A DNA stretch of 64,000 bases from contig OZ024749.1 of assembly GCA_964016885.1 (NCBI GenBank), forward strand, positions 19,406,001-19,470,000. Reading direction: 5' to 3'. Both the position numbers and the translations under genes were made by a program. This DNA comes from Eledone cirrhosa (Eukaryota). Under the pieces are notes generated by a model. It searched no databases, was not told the origin of the DNA, and was given only the letters and a program-made list of their open reading frames with translations. How positions within the stretch are numbered: the first letter of the stretch is position 1; each line of letters begins with the position of its first letter. This document shows, piece by piece, positions 32,301-48,200 of this stretch.

Positions 32301-34500
32301 ATGACTCTATTTACACTATCTATACACTGTTAATGACTGTATTTACACTATCTATACATTGTTAATGACTGTATTTACACTATCTATACACTGTTAATGA
32401 CTCTATTTACACTATCTATACACTGTTAATGACTGTATTTACACTATCTATACATTGTTAATGACGGTATTTACACTATCTATACACTGTTAATGACTGT
32501 ATTTACACTATCTATACACTGTTAATGACTGTATTTACGCTATCTATACACTGTTAATGACTGTATTTACACTATCTATACACTGTTAATGACTGTATTT
32601 ACACTATCTATACACTGTTAATAACTGTATTTACACTATCTATACACTGTTAATAACTGTATTTACACTATCTATACACTGTTAATGACTGTATTTACAC
32701 TATCTATACACTGTTAATGACTGTATTTACACTATCTATACACCGTCAATGACTGTATTTACATTATCTATACACTGATAATGACTCTATTTACACTATC
32801 TATACACCGTTAATGACTGTATTTACATTATCTATACACTGTTAATGACTGTATTTACACTATCTATACACTGTTAATGACTGTATTTACACTATCTATA
32901 CACCGTTAATGACTGTATTTACACTATCTATACACTGTTAATGCCTGTATTTACACTATCTATACACCGTTAATGACTGTATTTACACTATCTATACACT
33001 GTTAATCACTGTATTTACACTATCTATACACTGTTAATGACTGTATTTACACTATCTATGCACTGTTAATGACTGTATTTACACTATCTATACACTGTTT
33101 ATAACTGTATTTACACTATCTATACACTGTTAATAACTGTATTTACACTATCTATACACTGTTAATGACTGTATTTACACTATTTATATACTGTTAATAA
33201 CTGTATTTACACTATCTATACACTGTTAATGACTGTATTTACACTATCTATACACTGTTAATGACTGTATTTACACTATCTATACACTGTTAATAACTGT
33301 ATTTACACTATCTATACATTGTTAATAACTGTATTTACACAATCTATACACTGTTAATGACTGTATTTACACTATCTATACATTGTTAATGACTGTATTT
33401 ACACTATCTATACACTGTTAATAACTGTATTTACACTATCTATACATTGTTAATAACTGTATTTACACTATCTATACACTGTTAATAACTGTATTTACAC
33501 TATCTATACATTGTTAATGACTGTATTTACACTATCTATACACTGTTAATGACTGTATTTACACTATCTATACACTGTTAATGACTGTATTTACACTATC
33601 TATACATTGTTAATGACTGTATTTACACTATCTATACACTGTTAATGACTGTATTTACACTATCTATACACTGTTAATGACTGTATTTACACTATCTATA
33701 CATTGTTAATGACTGTATTTACACTATCTATACACTGTTAATGACTGTATTTACACTATCTATACACTGTTAATGACTGTATTTACGCTATCTATACACT
33801 GTTAATGACTGTATTTACACTATCTATACACTGTTAATGACTGTATTTATACTATCTATACACTGTTAATAACTGTATTTACACTATCTATACACTGTTA
33901 ATAACTGTATTTACACTATCTATACACTGTTAATGACTGTATTTACACTATCTATACACTGTTAATGACTGTATTTACACTATCTATAAACCGTTAATGA
34001 CTGTATTTACATTATCTATACACTGTTAATGACTCTATTTACACTATCTATACACCGTTAATGACTGTATTTACATTATCTATACACTGTTAATGACTGT
34101 ATTTACACTATCTATACACTGTTACTGACTGTATTTACACTATCTATACACTGTTAATAACTGTATTTACACTATCTATACACTGTTATTGACTGTATTT
34201 ACACTATCTATACACTGTTAATAACTGTATTTACACTATCCATACACTGTTAATAACTGTATTTACACTATCTATACACTGTTAATAACTGTATTTACAC
34301 TATCTATACATTGTTAATGACTGTATTTACACTATCTATACACTGTTATTGACTGTATTTACACTATCTATACACTGTTAATAACTGTATTTACACTATC
34401 TATACATTGTTAATAACTGTATTTACACTATCTATACACTGTTAATGACTGTATTTACACTATCTATACACTGTTAATGACTGTATTTACACTATCTATA
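29390..34500. repeat. 79-monomer tandem duplication (2,528 bp), each copy carrying an internal 15-monomer (480 bp) duplication
   Basis: 2,528-bp offsets: caccgtca 29733/32261, atgcctg 30413/32941, aaccgtt 31461/33989. 480-bp offsets: gacggt 29455/29935 and 31983/32463; caccgtca 29733/30213 and 32261/32741. Confidence 0.9.
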
Positions 34501-37500
34501 CACTGTTAATAACTGTATTTACACTACCTATACATTGTTAATAACTGTATTTACACTATCTATCCATTGTTAATGACTGCATTTACACTATCTATACACT
34601 GTTAATGACTGTATTTACACTATCTATACACTGTTAATAACTGTATTTACACTATCTATACACTGTTAATGACTGTATTTACACTATCTATACACTGTTA
34701 ATGACTGTATTTACACTATCTATACACCGTTAATGACTGTATTTACATTATCTATACACTGTTAATGACTGTATTTACACTATCTATACACTGTTAATGA
34801 CTGTATTTACACTATCTATACACTGTTAATAACTGTATTTACACTGTTAATAACTGTATTTACACTATCTATACACTGTTAATGACTGTATTTACACTAT
34901 CTATACATTGTTAATGACTGTATTTACACTATCTATACATTGTTAATGACTGTATTTACACTATCTATACATTGTTAATGACTGTATTTACACTATCTAT
35001 ACACTGTTAATGACTGTATTTACACTATCTATACACTGTTAATGACTGTATTTACACTATCTATACACTGTTAATGACTGTATTTACACTATCTATACAC
35101 TGTTAATGACTGTATTTACACTATCTATACACTGTTAATGACTGTATTTACACTATCTATACACCGTTAATGACTGTATTTACACTATCTATACACTGTT
35201 AATGACTGTATTAACATTATCTATACACTGTTAATGACTATTTACACTATCTATACACCGTTAATGACTGTATTTACACTATCTATACACCGTTAATGAC
35301 TGTATTTACACTATCTATACACTGTTAATGACTGTATTTACACTATCTATACACCGTTAATGACTGTATTTACACTATCTATACACTGTTAATGACTGTA
35401 TTTACACTATCTATACACTGTTAATGACTGTATTTACGCTATCTATACACTGTTAATGACTGTATTTACACTATCTATACACTGTTAATGACTGTATTTA
35501 TACTATCTATACACTGTTAATAACTGTATTTACACTATCTATACACTGTTAATAACTGTATTTACACTATCTATACACTGTTAATGACTGTATTTACACT
35601 ATCTATACACTGTTAATGACTGTATTTACACTATCTATACACCGTTAATGACTGTATTTACATTATCTATACACTGTTAATGACTATTTACACTATCTAT
35701 ACACCGTTAATGACTGTATTTACATTATCTATACACTGTTAATGACTGTATTTACACTATCTATACACTGTTAATGACTGTATTTACACTATCTATACAC
35801 CGTTAATGACAGTATTTACACTATCTATACACTGTTACTGACTGTATTTACACTATCTATACACTGTTAATAACTGTATTTACACTATCTATACACTGTT
35901 ATTGACTGTATTTACACTATCTATACACTGTTAATAACTGTATTTACACTATCCATACACTGTTAATAACTGTATTTACACTATCTATACACTGTTAATA
36001 ACTGTATTTACACTATCTATACATTGTTAATGACTGTATTTACACTATCTATACACTGTTATTGACTGTATTTACACTATCTATACACTGTTAATAACTG
36101 TATTTACACTATCTATACATTGTTAATAACTGTATTTACACTATCTATACACTGTTAATGACTGTATTTACACTATCTATACACTGTTAATGACTGTATT
36201 TACACTATCTATACACTGTTAATAACTGTATTTACACTACCTATACATTGTTAATAACTATATTTACACTATCTATACATTGTTAATGACTGTATTTACA
36301 CTATCTATACACTGTTAATGACTGTATTTACACTATCTATACACTGTTAATAACTGTATTTACACTATCTATACACTGTTAATAACTGTATTTACACTAT
36401 CTATACACTGTTAATAACTGTATTTACACTATCTATACACTGTTAATGACTGTATTTACACTATCTATACATTGTTAATGACTGTATTTACACTATCTAT
36501 ACATTGTTAATGACTGTATTTACACTATCTATGCACTGTTAATGACTGGATTTACACTATCTATACACTGTTAATGACTGTATTTACACTATCTATACAT
36601 TGTTAATGACTGTATTTACACTATCTATACACTGTTAATCACTGTATTTACACTATCTATACACTGTTAATGACTGTATTTACACTATCTATACACTGTT
36701 AATCACTCTATTTACACTATCTATACACTGTTAATGACTGTATTTACACTATCTATACATTGTTAATGACTGTATTTACACTATCTATACATTGTTAATG
36801 ACTGTATTTACACTATCTATACACTGTTAATGACTGTATTTACACTATCTATACACTGTTAATGACTGTATTTACACTATCTATACATTGTTAATGACTG
36901 TATTTACACTATCTATACACTGTTAATGACTGTATTTACACTATCTATACACTGTTAATGACTGTATTTACACTATCTATACACTGTTAATAACTGTATT
37001 TACACTATACACTGTTAATAACTGTATTTACACTATCTATACACTGTTAATGACTGTATTTACACTATCTATACACTGTTAATGACTGTATTTACACTAT
37101 ATATACACCGTTAATGACTGTATTTACATTATCGATACACTGTTAATGACTCTATTTACATTATCGATACACTGTTAATGACTGTATTTACACTATCTAT
37201 ACACCGTTAATGACTGTATTTACACTATCTATACACTGTTACTGACTGTATTTACACTATCTATACACTGTTAATAACTGTATTTACACTATCTATACAC
37301 TGTTATTGACTGTATTTACACTATCTATACACTGTTAATAACTGTATTTACACTATCCATACACTGTTAATAACTGTATTTACACTATCTATACACTGTT
37401 AATAACTGTATTTACACTATCTATACATTGTTAATGACTGTATTTACACTATCTATACACTGTTATTGACTGTATTTACACTATCTATACACTGTTAATA

Positions 37501-40500
37501 ACTGTATTTACACTATCTATACATTGTTAATAACTGTATTTACACTATCTATACACTGTTAATGACTGTATTTACACTATCTATACACTGTTAATGACTG
37601 TATTTACACTATCTATACACTGTTAATAACTGTATTTACACTATCTATACATTGTTAATAACTGTATTTACACTATCTATACATTGTTAATGACTGTATT
37701 TACACTATCTATACACTGTTAATGACTGTATTTACACTATCTATACACTGTTAATAACTGTATTTACCCTATCTATACACTGTTAATGACTGTATTTACA
37801 CTATCTATACACTGTTAATGACTGTATTTACAGTATCTATACACCGTTAATGACTGTATTTACATTATCTATACACTGTTAATGACTGTATTTACACTAT
37901 CTATACACTGTTAATGACTGTATTTACACTATCTATACACTGTTAATAACTGTATTTACACTGTTAATAACTGTATTTACACTATCTATACACTGTTAAT
38001 GACTGTATTTACACTATCTATACATTGTTAATGACTGTATTTACACTATCTATACATTGTTAATGACTGTATTTACACTATCTATACATTGTTAATGACT
38101 GTATTTACACTATACACTGTTAATGACTGTATTTACACTATCTATACATTGTTAATGACTGTATTTACACTATCTATACACTGTTAATGACTGCATTTAC
38201 ACTATCTATACACTGTTAATGACTGTATTTACACTATCTATACACTGTTAATGACTGTATTTACACTATCTATACACTGTTAATAACTGTATTTACACTG
38301 TTAATAACTGTATTTACACTATCTATACACTGTTAATGACTGTATTTACACTATCTATACATTGTTAATGACTGTATTTACACTATCTATACATTGTTAA
38401 TGACTGTATTTACACTATCTATACATTGTTAATGACTGTATTTACACTATCTATACACTGTTAATGACTGTATTTACACTATCTATACACTGTTAATGAC
38501 TGTATTTACACTATCTATACACTGTTAATGACTGTATTTACACTATCTATACACTGTTAATGACTGTATTTACACTATCTATACACTGTTAATGACTGTA
38601 TTTACACTATCTATACACCGTTAATGACTGTATTTACACTATCTATACACTGTTAATGACTGTATTAACATTATCTATACACTGTTAATGACTATTTACA
38701 CTATCTATACACCGTTAATGACTGTATTTACACTATCTATACACCGTTAATGACTGTATTTACACTATCTATACACTGTTAATGACTGTATTTACACTAT
38801 CTATACACCGTTAATGACTGTATTTACACTATCTATACACTGTTAATGACTGTATTTACACTATCTATACACTGTTAATGACTGTATTTACGCTATCTAT
38901 ACACTGTTAATGACTGTATTTACACTATCTATACACTGTTAATGACTGTATTTATACTATCTATACACTGTTAATAACTGTATTTACACTATCTATACAC
39001 TGTTAATAACTGTATTTACACTATCTATACACTGTTAATGACTGTATTTACACTATCTATACACTGTTAATGACTCTATTTACACTATCTATACACCGTT
39101 AATGACTGTATTTACATTATCTATACACTGTTAATGACTATTTACACTATCTATACACCGTTAATGACTGTATTTACATTATCTATACACTGTTAATGAC
39201 TGTATTTACACTATCTATACACTGTTAATGACTGTATTTACACTATCTATACACCGTTAATGACTGTATTTACACTATCTATACACTGTTACTGACTGTA
39301 TTTACACTATCTATACACTGTTAATAACTGTATTTACACTATCTATACACTGTTATTGACTGTATTTACACTATCTATACACTGTTAATAACTGTATTTA
39401 CACTATCCATACACTGTTAATAACTGTATTTACACTATCTATACACTGTTAATAACTGTATTTACACTATCTATACATTGTTAATGACTGTATTTACACT
39501 ATCTATACACTGTTATTGACTGTATTTACACTATCTATACACTGTTAATAACTGTATTTACACTATCTATACATTGTTAATAACTGTATTTACACTATCT
39601 ATACACTGTTAATGACTGTATTTACACTATCTATACACTGTTAATGACTGTATTTACACTATCTATACACTGTTAATAACTGTATTTACACTATCTATAC
39701 ATTGTTAATAACTGTATTTACACTATCTATACATTGTTAATGACTGTATTTACACTATCTATACACTGTTAATGACTGTATTTACACTATCTATACACTG
39801 TTAATAACTGTATTTACACTATCTATACACTGTTAATGACTGTATTTACACTATCTATACACTGTTAATGACTGTATTTACACTATCTATACACCGTTAA
39901 TGACTGTATTTACATTATCTATACACTGTTAATGACTGTATTTACACTATCTATACACTGTTAATGACTGTATTTACACTATCTATACACTGTTAATAAC
40001 TGTATTTACACTGTTAATAACTGTATTTACACTATCTATACACTGTTAATGACTGTATTTACACTATCTATACATTGTTAATGACTGTATTTACACTATC
40101 TATACATTGTTAATGACTGTATTTACACTATCTATACATTGTTAATGACTGTATTTACACTATACACTGTTAATGACTGTATTTACACTATCTATACATT
40201 GTTAATGACTGTATTTACACTATCTATACACTGTTAATGACTGCATTTACACTATCTATACACTGTTAATGACTGTATTTACACTATCTAAACACTGTTA
40301 ATGACTGTATTTACACTATCTATACACTGTTAATGACTGTATTTACACTATCTATACACTGTTAATGACTGTATTTACACTATCTATACACCGTTAATGA
40401 CTGTATTTATGCTATCTATACACTGTTAATGACTGTATTAACATTATCTATACACTGTTAATGACTGTATTTACACTATCTATACACTGTTAATGACTGT

Positions 40501-43500
40501 ATTTACACTATCTATACACTGTTAATGACTGTATTTACACTATCTATACATTGTTAATGACTGTATTTACACTATCTATACACTGTTAATGACTGTATTT
40601 ACACTATCTATACACTGTTAATGACTGTATTTACACTATCTATACACTGTTAATGACTGTATTTACACTATCTATACACTGTTTATGACTGTATTTACAC
40701 TATCTATACACTGTTAATGACTGTATTTACACTATCTATACACTGTTAATGACTGTATTTACACTATCTATACACCGTTAATGACTGTATTTACACTATC
40801 TATACACTGTTAATGACTGTATTAACATTATCTATACACTGTTAATGACTATTTACACTATCTATACACCGTTAATGACTGTATTTACACTATCTATACA
40901 CCGTTAATGACTGTATTTACACTATCTATACACTGTTAATGACTGTATTTACACTATCTATACACCGTTAATGACTGTATTTACACTATCTATACACTGT
41001 TAATGACTGTATTTACACTATCTATACACTGTTAATAACTGTATTTACACTATCTATACACTGTTAATAACTGTATTTACACTATCTATACACTGTTAAT
41101 AACTGTATTTACACTATCTATACACTGTTAATAACTGTATTTACACTATCTATACATTGTTAATGACTGTATTTACACTATCTATACACTGTTAATAACT
41201 GTATTTACACTATCTATACACTGTTAATAACTGTATTTACACTATCTATACACTGTTAATAACTGTATTTACACTATCTATACACTGTTAATGACTGTAT
41301 TTACACTATCTATACATTGTTAATGACTGTATTTACACTATCTATACATTGTTAATGACTGTATTTACACTATCTATACATTGTTAATGACTGTATTTAC
41401 ACTATCTATGCACTGTTAATGACTGGATTTACACTATCTATACACTGTTAATGACTGTATTTACACTATCTATACATTGTTAATGACTGTATTTACACTA
41501 TCTATACACTGTTAATCACTGTATTTACACTATCTATACACTGTTAATGACTGTATTTACACTATCTATACACTGTTAATCACTCTATTTACACTATCTA
41601 TACACTGTTAATGACTGTATTTACACTATCTATACATTGTTAATGACTGTATTTACACTATCTATACATTGTTAATGACTGTATTTACACTATCTATACA
41701 CTGTTAATGACTGTATTTACACTATCTATACACTGTTAATGACTGTATTTACACTATCTATACATTGTTAATGACTGTATTTACACTATCTATACACTGT
41801 TAATGACTGTATTTACACTATCTATACACTGTTAATGACTGTATTTACACTATCTATACATTGTTAATGACTGTATTTACACTATCTATACACTGTTAAT
41901 GACTGTATTTACACTATCTATACACTGTTAATGACTGTATTTACGCTATCTATACACTGTTAATGACTGTATTTACACTATCTATACACTGTTAATGACT
42001 GTATTTACACTATCTATACACTGTTAATAACTGTATTTACACTATCTATACACTGTTAATAACTGTATTTACACTATCTATACACTGTTAATGACTGCAT
42101 TTACACTATCTATACACTGTTAATGACTGTATTTACACTATCTATACACCGTTAATGACTGTATTTACATTATCTATACACTGTTAATGACTCTATTTAC
42201 ACTATCTATACACCGTTAATGACTGTATTTACATTATCTATACACTGTTAATGACTGTATTTACACTATCTATACACTGTTAATGACTGTATTTACACTA
42301 TCTATACACCGTTAATGACTGTATTTACACTATCTATACACTGTTACTGACTGTATTTACACTATCTATACACTGTTAATAACTGTATTTACACTATCTA
42401 TACACTGTTATTGACTGTATTTACACTATCTATACACTGTTAATAACTGTATTTACACTATCCATACACTGTTAATAACTGTATTTACACTATCTATACA
42501 CTGTTAATAACTGTATTTACACTATCTATACATTGTTAATAACTGTATTTACACTATCTATACACTGTTAATGACTGTATTTACACTATCTATACACTGT
42601 TAATGACTGTATTTACACTATCTATACACTGTTAATAACTGTATTTACACTATCTATACATTGTTAATAACTGTATTTACACTATCTATACATTGTTAAT
42701 GACTGTATTTACACTATCTATACACTGTTAATGACTGTATTTACACTATCTATACACTGTTTATGACTGTATTTACACTATCTATACACTGTTAATGACT
42801 GTATTTACACTATCTATACACTGTTAATGACTGTATTTACACTATCTATACACCGTTAATGACTGTATTTAAACTATCTATACACTGTTAATGACTGTAT
42901 TAACATTATCTATACACTGTTAATGACTATTTACACTATCTATACACCGTTAATGACTGTATTTACACTATCTATACACCGTTAATGACTGTATTTACAC
43001 TATCTATACACTGTTAATGACTGTATTTACACTATCTATACACCGTTAATGACTGTATTTACACTATCTATACACTGTTAATGACTGTATTTACACTATC
43101 TATACACTGTTAATAACTGTATTTACATTATCGATACACTGTTAATGACTCTATTTACACTATCTATACACCGTTAATGACTGTATTTACATTATCTATA
43201 CACTGTTAATAACTGTATTTACACTATCTATACACTGTTAATAACTGTATTTACACTATCTATACACTGTTAATAACTGTATTTACACTATCTATACATT
43301 GTTAATGACTGTATTTACACTATCTATACACTGTTAATAACTGTATTTACACTATCTATACACTGTTAATGACTGTATTTACACTATCTATACACTGTTA
43401 ATAACTGTATTTACACTATCTATACACTGTTAATAACTGTATTTACACTATCTATACACTGTTAATAACTGTATTTACACTATCTATACACTGTTAATGA

Positions 43501-44419
43501 CTGTATTTACACTATCTATACATTGTTAATGACTGTATTTACACTATCTATACATTGTTAATGACTGTATTTACACTATCTATACATTGTTAATGACTGT
43601 ATTTACACTATCTATGCACTGTTAATGACTGGATTTACACTATCTATACACTGTTAATGACTGTATTTACACTATCTATACATTGTTAATGACTGTATTT
43701 ACACTATCTATACACTGTTATTGACTGTATTTACACTATCTATACACTGTTAATAACTGTATTTACACTATCTATACATTGTTAATAACTGTATTTACAC
43801 TATCTATACACTGTTAATGACTGTATTTACACTATCTATACACTGTTAATGACTGTATTTACACTATCTATACACTGTTAATAACTGTATTTACACTATC
43901 TATACATTGTTAATAACTGTATTTACACTATCTATACATTGTTAATGACTGTATTTACACTATCTATACACTGTTAATGACTGTATTTACACTATCTATA
44001 CACTGTTAATAACTGTATTTACACTATCTATACACTGTTAATGACTGTATTTACACTATCTATACACTGTTAATGACTGTATTTACACTATCTATACACC
44101 GTTAATGACTGTATTTACATTATCTATACACTGTTAATGACTGTATTTACACTATCTATACACTGTTAATGACTGTATTTACACTATCTATACACTGTTA
44201 ATAACTGTATTTACACTGTTAATAACTGTATTTACACTATCTATACACTGTTAATGACTGTATTTACACTATCTATACATTGTTAATGACTGTATTTACA
44301 CTATCTATACATTGTTAATGACTGTATTTACACTATCTATACATTGTTAATGACTGTATTTACACTATACACTGTTAATGACTGTATTTACACTATCTAT
44401 ACATTGTTAATGACTGTAT

Positions 44420-45210
44420 TTACACTATCTATACACTGTTAATGACTGCATTTACACTATCTATACACTGTTAATGACTGTATTTACACTATCTAAACAC
44501 TGTTAATGACTGTATTTACACTATCTATACACTGTTAATGACTGTATTTACACTATCTATACACTGTTAATGACTGTATTTACACTATCTATACACCGTT
44601 AATGACTGTATTTATGCTATCTATACACTGTTAATGACTGTATTAACATTATCTATACACTGTTAATGACTGTATTTACACTATCTATACACTGTTAATG
44701 ACTGTATTTACACTATCTATACACTGTTAATGACTGTATTTACACTATCTATACATTGTTAATGACTGTATTTACACTATCTATACACTGTTAATGACTG
44801 TATTTACACTATCTATACACTGTTAATGACTGCATTTACACTATCTATACACTGTTAATGACTGTATTTACACTATCTAAACACTGTTAATGACTGTATT
44901 TACACTATCTATACACTGTTAATGACTGTATTTACACTATCTATACACTGTTAATGACTGTATTTACACTATCTATACACCGTTAATGACTGTATTTATG
45001 CTATCTATACACTGTTAATGACTGTATTAACATTATCTATACACTGTTAATGACTGTATTTACACTATCTATACACTGTTAATGACTGTATTTACACTAT
45101 CTATACACTGTTAATGACTGTATTTACACTATCTATACATTGTTAATGACTGTATTTACACTATCTATACACTGTTAATGACTGTATTTACACTATCTAT
45201 ACACTGTTAA
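44420..45210. repeat. 12-monomer (384 bp) tandem duplication
   Basis: ctaaac at 44493/44877, with the same ordered set gactgca, ctaaac, accgtt+tttatgct, attaacatt repeated. Confidence 0.88.
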
Positions 45211-48200
45211 TGACTGTATTTACACTATCTATACACTGTTAATGACTGTATTTACACTATCTATACACTGTTTATGACTGTATTTACACTATCTATACAC
45301 TGTTAATGACTGTATTTACACTATCTATACACTGTTAATGACTGTATTTACACTATCTATACACCGTTAATGACTGTATTTAAACTATCTATACACTGTT
45401 AATGACTGTATTAACATTATCTATACACTGTTAATGACTATTTACACTATCTATACACCGTTAATGACTGTATTTACACTATCTATACACCGTTAATGAC
45501 TGTATTTACACTATCTATACACTGTTAATGACTGTATTTACACTATCTATACACCGTTAATGACTGTATTTACACTATCTATACACTGTTAATGACTGTA
45601 TTTACACTATCTATACACTGTTAATAACTGTATTTACATTATCGATACACTGTTAATGACTCTATTTACACTATCTATACACCGTTAATGACTGTATTTA
45701 CATTATCTATACACTGTTAATAACTGTATTTACACTATCTATACACTGTTAATAACTGTATTTACACTATCTATACACTGTTAATAACTGTATTTACACT
45801 ATCTATACATTGTTAATGACTGTATTTACACTATCTATACACTGTTAATAACTGTATTTACACTATCTATACACTGTTAATGACTGTATTTACACTATCT
45901 ATACACTGTTAATAACTGTATTTACACTATCTATACACTGTTAATAACTGTATTTACACTATCTATACACTGTTAATAACTGTATTTACACTATCTATAC
46001 ACTGTTAATGACTGTATTTACACTATCTATACATTGTTAATGACTGTATTTACACTATCTATACATTGTTAATGACTGTATTTACACTATCTATACATTG
46101 TTAATGACTGTATTTACACTATCTATGCACTGTTAATGACTGGATTTACACTATCTATACACTGTTAATGACTGTATTTACACTATCTATACATTGTTAA
46201 TGACTGTATTTACACTATCTATACACTGTTAATCACTGTATTTACACTATCTATACACTGTTAATGACTGTATTTACACTATCTATACACTGTTAATCAC
46301 TCTATTTACACTATCTATACACTGTTAATGACTGTATTTACACTATCTATACATTGTTAATGACTGTATTTACACTATCTATACATTGTTAATGACTGTA
46401 TTTACACTATCTATACACTGTTAATGACTGTATTTACACTATCTATACACTGTTAATGACTGTATTTACACTATCTATACATTGTTAATAACTGTATTTA
46501 CACTATCTATACACTGTTAATAACTGTATTTACACTATCTATACATTGTTAATGACTGTATTTACACTATCTATACACTGTTAATGACTGTATTTACACT
46601 ATCTATACACCGTTAATGACTGTATTTACATTATCTATACACTGTTAATGACTCTATTTACACTATCTATACACTGTTAATAACTGTATTTACACTATCT
46701 ATACACTGTTAATAACTGTATTTACACTATCTATACACTGTTAATGACTGTATTTACACTATCTATACACTGTTAATGACTGTATTTACACTATCTATAC
46801 ACCGTTAATGACTGTATTTACATTATCGATACACTGTTAATGACTCTATTTACACTATCTATACACCGTTAATGACTGTATTTACATTATCTATACACTG
46901 TTAATGACTGTATTTACACTATCTATACACTGTTAATGACTGTATTTACACTATCTATACACCGTTAATGACTGTATTTACACTATCTATACACTGTTAC
47001 TGACTGTATTTACACTATCTATACACTGTTAATAACTGTATTTACACTATCTATACGCTGTTATTGACTGTATTTACACTATCTATACACTGTTAATAAC
47101 TGTATTTACACTATCCATACACTGTTAATAACTGTATTTACACTATCTATACACTGTTAATAACTGTATTTACACTATCTATACATTGTTAATGACTGTA
47201 TTTACACTATCTATACACTGTTATTGACTGTATTTACACTATCTATACACTGTTAATAACTGTATTTACACTATCTATACATTGTTAATAACTGTATTTA
47301 CACTATCTATACACTGTTAATGACTGTATTTACACTATCTATACACTGTTAATGACTGTATTTACACTATCTATACACTGTTAATAACTGTATTTACACT
47401 ATCTATACATTGTTAATAACTGTATTTACACTATCTATACATTGTTAATGACTGTATTTACACTATCTATACACTGTTAATGACTGTATTTACACTATCT
47501 ATACACTGTTAATAACTGTATTTACACTATCTATACACTGTTAATGACTGTATTTACACTATCTATACACTGTTAATGACTGTATTTACACTATCTATAC
47601 ACCGTTAATGACTGTATTTACATTATCTATACACTGTTAATGACTGTATTTACACTATCTATACACTGTTAATGACTGTATTTACACTATCTATACACTG
47701 TTAATAACTGTATTTACACTGTTAATAACTGTATTTACACTATCTATACACTGTTAATGACTGTATTTACACTATCTATACATTGTTAATGACTGTATTT
47801 ACACTATCTATACATTGTTAATGACTGTATTTACACTATCTATACATTGTTAATGACTGTATTTACACTATACACTGTTAATGACTGTATTTACACTATC
47901 TATACATTGTTAATGACTGTATTTACACTATCTATACACTGTTAATGACTGCATTTACACTATCTATACACTGTTAATGACTGTATTTACACTATCTAAA
48001 CACTGTTAATGACTGTATTTACACTATCTATACACTGTTAATGACTGTATTTACACTATCTATACACTGTTAATGACTGTATTTACACTATCTATACACC
48101 GTTAATGACTGTATTTATGCTATCTATACACTGTTAATGACTGTATTAACATTATCTATACACTGTTAATGACTGTATTTACACTATCTATACACTGTTA

